DNA from: a virus
Lineage: Duplodnaviria; Caudoviricetes
Reading direction: 5' to 3' (one strand)
DNA length: 30,863 bases
IMG/VR virus record: IMGVR_UViG_3300032305_002351
Coordinates: 1 to 30,863 of that record
How positions within the stretch are numbered: position 1 is the stretch's first letter; the number at the start of each line of letters is the position of its first letter. The notes beneath the pieces are model-generated. The model saw only the letters and a program-made list of their open reading frames with translations, made no database searches and was not told the DNA's origin. Shown here one piece after another: positions 26,325 through 30,863 of this stretch. Made by a program: the position numbers and the translations under genes.

Positions 26325-27110
26325 ATGCCAGACATTAGTATAATAAATGTACCAAGTTATCAACCGTTGCAGCCTTATTATTATCAAGTTGATAATCTGC
26401 CTATAGATGCTCTTGTACAAAGAGACGAAATAATCAATAGTGCCGTAGATGCCAATACAACAATATTAAATTCAGCAATTGGTTCAGCAGGAACTTTAGC
26501 TGCTAGGCTTGATCAGTCTTTAGAACCAAGTGGTAATTTAAAAACTTCAAAAGTTAATGAATCCTTACATAATGTTGGTTATCATACTGATGGTAATTAT
26601 GATGGCATTGATTATGTAAGAATGACTTTATCTGAACGTGAAAAGCTAGCACTAATTGCAGATGAAGCTAAAAATGTAAGTATACAAGTCGATCAGATTA
26701 GTCAAACTATACTTTTTGATGCTGGTCCAATTGTTTTCAGAAATTCTTCAACAATTAGCTTCACTGTAGTTCCACCAAACATCATATTGGCTGAGGTTTC
26801 AGTAGGTTTACAAAATGCTCATAGACATTTTTATGGAGTTGAACCTCCTTCTGCCACTTTAACACCAGATTATATTAGCTATATTACAGGTCTTAATGTC
26901 CCTTATGAAGTTGGATCTTTAAGAGTTTATATCAATGGAACTAGGATTTACAGTGATGGATCTTTGATTTATGTCCCTACTCCAACGGCAACCAGTTCTT
27001 ACAAACAAAATGGGTTTACAGAAAATGAAGCAAGAACTGGTTTCTCTTTAGATAACGCAATTACTTCAAGCGATATAATTAGAATAGACTTTGATCTACC
27101 TTTAGATTGA
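26325..27110 (+). CDS. Putative virion structural (fibre/baseplate-associated) protein
   Basis: 261 aa; DNLPIDALVQRD, SAIGSAGTLAARL and SLRVYINGTRI motifs common in phage fibre-associated proteins; context. Confidence 0.65.
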   Translation: MPDISIINVPSYQPLQPYYYQVDNLPIDALVQRDEIINSAVDANTTILNSAIGSAGTLAARLDQSLEPSGNLKTSKVNESLHNVGYHTDGNYDGIDYVRMTLSEREKLALIADEAKNVSIQVDQISQTILFDAGPIVFRNSSTISFTVVPPNIILAEVSVGLQNAHRHFYGVEPPSATLTPDYISYITGLNVPYEVGSLRVYINGTRIYSDGSLIYVPTPTATSSYKQNGFTENEARTGFSLDNAITSSDIIRIDFDLPLD

Positions 27111-27127
27111 AAACACTATATTAATTT

Positions 27128-27733
27128 ATGCTTAATAAAATTAAAGAAATAATTGATAAAGAAATTGTTGTTAATCGTCATAGCGATTTTCAAATTGAAA
27201 ATTTTATTATTGGTAAAGAATTAACACCAAGTGCAAAAGCATGGCAATGTGTGCGTGAACTTAAAACAAGATACGAAAGTCTTGTCAATTTAGAGATGGA
27301 GCTGGAAAATATTTTAGATGACGTAGAAATTAAAAAAATAGAAATTGAAGAAGAAAAAGAAAAAAACACTCGAAAAACACCTTTTTTTGTCAGAAAGCTT
27401 GAAAGAAGTTTAAAAAACTTAGAAATAAATCAATTAAAATTATTAGAAAATAAAAAAAATTACCAAGCTGAATGTGAAAAATTACTTGAAGTTTTCAATA
27501 AAATATCATCAGAAACAGATATAAAAGAATGGAATGACACATCAGCTCAAATGGAATATTTTGAAAATAAATTTGGAAATGAATTAAATTTGGATTTTTT
27601 GCTTAGTAATCATGTAAATAAGGAGTTGATAAGATCAATACTGCAACTAGATAATTCTAGTAAATTGAAAATCAATTTGATTGAATCAATTAGTAAGAAG
27701 AAAGGTCTTTTAGGAAATGGTCAGCAAACTTAG
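27128..27733 (+). CDS. Coiled-coil hypothetical protein (possible fibre assembly factor)
   Basis: 201 aa, Lys/Glu-rich heptads, RHSDFQIENFIIG..TP..WQCVREL. Confidence 0.7.
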   Translation: MLNKIKEIIDKEIVVNRHSDFQIENFIIGKELTPSAKAWQCVRELKTRYESLVNLEMELENILDDVEIKKIEIEEEKEKNTRKTPFFVRKLERSLKNLEINQLKLLENKKNYQAECEKLLEVFNKISSETDIKEWNDTSAQMEYFENKFGNELNLDFLLSNHVNKELIRSILQLDNSSKLKINLIESISKKKGLLGNGQQT

Positions 27734-28736
27734 TAGCTATGACTTAGGATATATATCTGGCGATTTATCCATATTTCCTGAAGCTATAGATAATTACGAA
27801 ACACTGTATTTTACAAAAAATAACAGTGAAACCGTTTTAACACAAGCTGTAAATTACGGATCTGATCTAATTATTGTTGAAGATGCAACAAATTTTCCAG
27901 ATAAAGGCGTATTAAGAATCAATTTACAAGAAAAATATGCAACTTTTCCAGAATATATTTATTATGAAAAAAGAACCAATCAAACATTTAATACTTTGAT
28001 TCGTGGTTTTTGTGGATCAAGACAAACAAATTGGGCAGTTGGCGCACAAGTAATTGGTGGTGTTTTTGCTGATCATCACAACAGTATAAAAGATGCTATT
28101 ATAAAAATAGAAAGTACTCTTGGCACTGAAGAAAATCCTAATACAGGTTCATTAAATGCCATTTTGAAAGAACAAGAAGTTAAGTTTTTATCTCCAAAAC
28201 CTTTATTTAGAGCTTATCCTCTAAGTGGTGCAGCACCACTTACAGTTCATTTTCAAAATTTTACCAGTGTCGTTGCAAATAAATTCTTTTGGGATTTTGG
28301 TGATGGTGGTACAAGTCTACAAAAAAACCCAACACACACTTACATTAACCAAGGTGTGTTTGATGTAAAATTACGAATAATTACAAATTTAGGCGCTCAA
28401 GGAGTGGTTGTTAAAAAAGGATATATTACTGTATCAACCAATATACCAAAATTGTTCTTATATTCAACTCCAAGTGTTGGTTATTCTGTTCAAACAGCAA
28501 ATAAACTGGGCATTGAGCCAACATCTTTTGAGCTAATCGATCAGTCTGGCGGAGATATAGTAGATAGATATTGGGTTTTTGAAGATGGTGGTAACCAAAG
28601 TCAAACCAATCCAAATATTCACTATACAACCCATCAATATCAACAAGCGGGACTTTATTCTCCGACATTGTTGATAACTTTGAGATCAAACAAAGTGAAT
28701 AAAATTGTAGTTTCCAATCCATTAAGGGTGTTGTGA
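27717..28736 (+). CDS. PKD-domain virion protein (two PKD/Ig-like domains)
   Basis: GAAPLTVHFQN..WDFGDGGTS..NPTHTY..GVFDVKL; second copy YWVFEDG..HQYQQAGLYSPTL. Confidence 0.85.
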   Translation: MVSKLSSYDLGYISGDLSIFPEAIDNYETLYFTKNNSETVLTQAVNYGSDLIIVEDATNFPDKGVLRINLQEKYATFPEYIYYEKRTNQTFNTLIRGFCGSRQTNWAVGAQVIGGVFADHHNSIKDAIIKIESTLGTEENPNTGSLNAILKEQEVKFLSPKPLFRAYPLSGAAPLTVHFQNFTSVVANKFFWDFGDGGTSLQKNPTHTYINQGVFDVKLRIITNLGAQGVVVKKGYITVSTNIPKLFLYSTPSVGYSVQTANKLGIEPTSFELIDQSGGDIVDRYWVFEDGGNQSQTNPNIHYTTHQYQQAGLYSPTLLITLRSNKVNKIVVSNPLRVL

Positions 28737-30863
28737 TGTCAGAAGAACTAAACGATAATTTATACATTTTAAGAGCCAATGCTAACTGTAAGTTTCTTGC
28801 AGTTAGCTTAACTTCTGATATTGCTGTTATAAGCGATGATGGAAACGTATGGATTCAAACAACTAGCGGTGGTAGTGGTTGGACTTCTATTGCATATGGA
28901 AATGAAACATTTGTGGCGTTGGGAACCGGGGCATTAAGTGAATTAGCAGCTATAACTTATGATGGTATTAATTGGACAACAGTATGTCTGACAGGATCAA
29001 TTAATTGGAGCAGCATAGCATATGGAAATGGAAAATTTGTTGCAGTTGCAAATAACTCAAAATATTATGCAACATCAGAAGATGGAATAACGTGGACTAG
29101 TCAATCATTTGCAACAACACCAAGCAGTCAAAAAATTTCTTATGTCAATGGTTTGTTTGTCATTTTTGGTGGCAATAAGATATCAACATCTATAGATGGA
29201 ATTACTTGGATTAGTTATACAGTAACAGATGCCAATTATGGTGTTGCTTATGGCAACGGAATATATGTTGGATTTGATGGAGGTGGACCAAACGGATCTG
29301 TAATTACATCCAATGATAGTGTAAATTGGGTTACCAATACCATTGGTGGTTACACAAATTCCATCCAATGTGTTGCATATGGAAATGGCAAATTTGTTGC
29401 AATGGAGAGATCAGGAAGTTTTCAACCATCAAGAGCTTTGTATTCAACCAATGGATTTTCTTGGACGTTTGTAGATTTGAATTTAAACTATGATTGGTCT
29501 GATATTATATTTGCAAATGACAAATTTGTTGCCATAGCAAATTCTTCTGAAGTTTCTGCAAGTTCAGAAGATGGAATAACATGGACATATAACACTGTAC
29601 CAGACTCTTATTGGACAAAATTAGTACATGGGTGTCTAAGTGATAATCCTCCCGAATTACCTGAACCATGTGTAACTCCAACACCTGCTAGTCCAGTATC
29701 TGGTCCAACAGCTACGCCTGTTTCAAATCCTATTGGCATAGCAAATGGATTCTTGGCTATTTCTTCAGGTTCTAATTTAGCAACCAGCGATGATGGTGTT
29801 GTTTGGTATGAACAAACAGCTCCAGCATCATTTGACTGGATTGCAGGTACATTTGGATTAGACAAGTATGTAATTGTTGCTCACGGGAAAAACTCATCTT
29901 ATAGCTATGATGGTGCAAGCTGGACAATTTCAGACATGCCAGCAATAGTAGATTGGTGTGACGTAGCTTATGGTAATAATAAATTTGTTGCTATTTCAAC
30001 TAATAACGATGTAATCGCAATATCTTCTGATGGAATAACATGGACAATTGGTTCAATGCCATCTATTTCAACTTGGACAACAATTAGCTATGTTAATAAT
30101 CTATTTGTTGTTTTCGGCAATTCAATTGTTGCAACATCAACAGATGGCGAAAATTGGAATCAATACCCATCAACTTCAGCTTATTATGGCATTGCTTATG
30201 GAGAAGGAACATATGTTGGATTTAGTTCTAACAGACCAATAGGAACTTCCGTATATTCTTATGACGGAACAACTTGGGTTACAAAAGAAATTGGTGGTAG
30301 CACAAATTATATTAAATGTGTTGCTTATGGAAATGGTAAATTTGTTGGACTAGAAAGATCGGGAATAGCTATTCAGTCAAGGGTAATTTATTCTGATGAT
30401 GGAATCAATTGGAATAAAGCTGATTTAACAGGAAATTTAGATTGGACAGCAATTACATTTGCTGAAGAAAAATTTGTGGCAGTTGCCAGAGCATCGTCAA
30501 TATCAGCAATATCATCAGATGGTATAATTTGGGAACAAAAACCATTACCAGCTTATGCTGAATGGGTAGATGTGGTATATGGTTCAGTTTTTACACCTCC
30601 CGTACCTCCTGTAGAGGATAATAATTTTGTTTGGGGTTATGTAAATCATAAAGAATGTTTTTGTGATTGTTTTGTTGGAACTTCATCTGAATATGATCAA
30701 TTTAGATCAAGTCTAACATCGTTCGGTGATGGGGTAATAAGAACATTTAGAACGTATGGTCTGGCTACACAAGAAAATATTGATATATGTTATGGAAATA
30801 TTAATCCACCCAGTCCAGCGCCATCAGCAGCGCCATCAGCTGCACCATCAGCAGCACCATCAG
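28736..30863 (+). CDS. Adhesin/receptor-binding-like protein with two tandem 7-bladed Asp-box-like beta-propellers; 3'-truncated by window
   Basis: Manual translation from ATG 28736 (TGATG overlap) is open to the window end (~709 codons); 14 SxDGxxW-type motifs alternating with AYGNGKFVA-type motifs. Confidence 0.9.
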   Translation, partial: MSEELNDNLYILRANANCKFLAVSLTSDIAVISDDGNVWIQTTSGGSGWTSIAYGNETFVALGTGALSELAAITYDGINWTTVCLTGSINWSSIAYGNGKFVAVANNSKYYATSEDGITWTSQSFATTPSSQKISYVNGLFVIFGGNKISTSIDGITWISYTVTDANYGVAYGNGIYVGFDGGGPNGSVITSNDSVNWVTNTIGGYTNSIQCVAYGNGKFVAMERSGSFQPSRALYSTNGFSWTFVDLNLNYDWSDIIFANDKFVAIANSSEVSASSEDGITWTYNTVPDSYWTKLVHGCLSDNPPELPEPCVTPTPASPVSGPTATPVSNPIGIANGFLAISSGSNLATSDDGVVWYEQTAPASFDWIAGTFGLDKYVIVAHGKNSSYSYDGASWTISDMPAIVDWCDVAYGNNKFVAISTNNDVIAISSDGITWTIGSMPSISTWTTISYVNNLFVVFGNSIVATSTDGENWNQYPSTSAYYGIAYGEGTYVGFSSNRPIGTSVYSYDGTTWVTKEIGGSTNYIKCVAYGNGKFVGLERSGIAIQSRVIYSDDGINWNKADLTGNLDWTAITFAEEKFVAVARASSISAISSDGIIWEQKPLPAYAEWVDVVYGSVFTPPVPPVEDNNFVWGYVNHKECFCDCFVGTSSEYDQFRSSLTSFGDGVIRTFRTYGLATQENIDICYGNINPPSPAPSAAPSAAPSAAPS
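30818..30863 (+). repeat. 12-bp tandem repeat encoding (APSA)n, continues past the window
   Basis: GCGCCATCAGCA GCGCCATCAGCT GCACCATCAGCA GCACCATCAG. Confidence 0.9.

Noticed and set aside
57-30242. Short antisense or alternate-frame ORFs in the track (e.g. 57..275, 3191..3514, 12987..13310, 14166..14651, 19366..19794, 28426..28779, 29183..29368, 29608..29865, 30048..30242)
   Set aside because: All lie within longer genes with recognisable motifs, lack SDs and read as shadow translations.
28736-30600. Diversity-generating retroelement TR/VR pair
   Set aside because: The two copies are in-frame protein domains differing at all base types, not only adenines; no reverse transcriptase in the window.
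1-30863. Stop-codon reassignment as in some large phages
   Set aside because: Long genes are uninterrupted in the standard code, and TAA, TAG and TGA all end genes that abut the next start.
1-30863. tRNA or structured ncRNA genes (prompted by the CCA-like gene)
   Set aside because: Intergenic gaps are at most about 80 bp and AT-rich; no cloverleaf or T-loop signature noticed by eye. tRNAscan-SE/Infernal would be decisive.

Overview
AT-rich, gene-dense segment of a large tailed dsDNA bacteriophage (myovirus-type, T4-like/jumbo-phage organisation), read in the standard genetic code. The right two-thirds (12.3-30.9 kb, all + strand) is a contractile-tail module: T4 gp2-like DNA end protector, tape measure protein, tube-initiator-like protein, LysM/gp53-like wedge, hub, gp5/VgrG-like spike, gp25, baseplate J/gp6, gpI/gp7-like wedge, fibre-attachment proteins, a PKD-domain protein, and a double beta-propeller adhesin that runs off the window and is missing from the ORF track. 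The left third is a mixed-strand region of small hypothetical genes plus a GT9-like glycosyltransferase, a SAM methyltransferase, an HNH protein, a possible small terminase and a CCA/poly(A)-polymerase-family protein. Most notable: (i) three enzyme-fold proteins with apparently substituted catalytic motifs (CCA-adding enzyme, Dam-like methylase, HNH); (ii) a 16-bp hairpin that buries a Shine-Dalgarno and has a late-promoter-like sequence at its loop; (iii) a recurrent terminal F-x-[E/D]-W peptide resembling the T4 capsid-targeting signal on many unrelated small proteins; (iv) a recurring TAAATA-type late promoter in front of SD-less starts. All family assignments come from motif recognition by eye; no searches were run.
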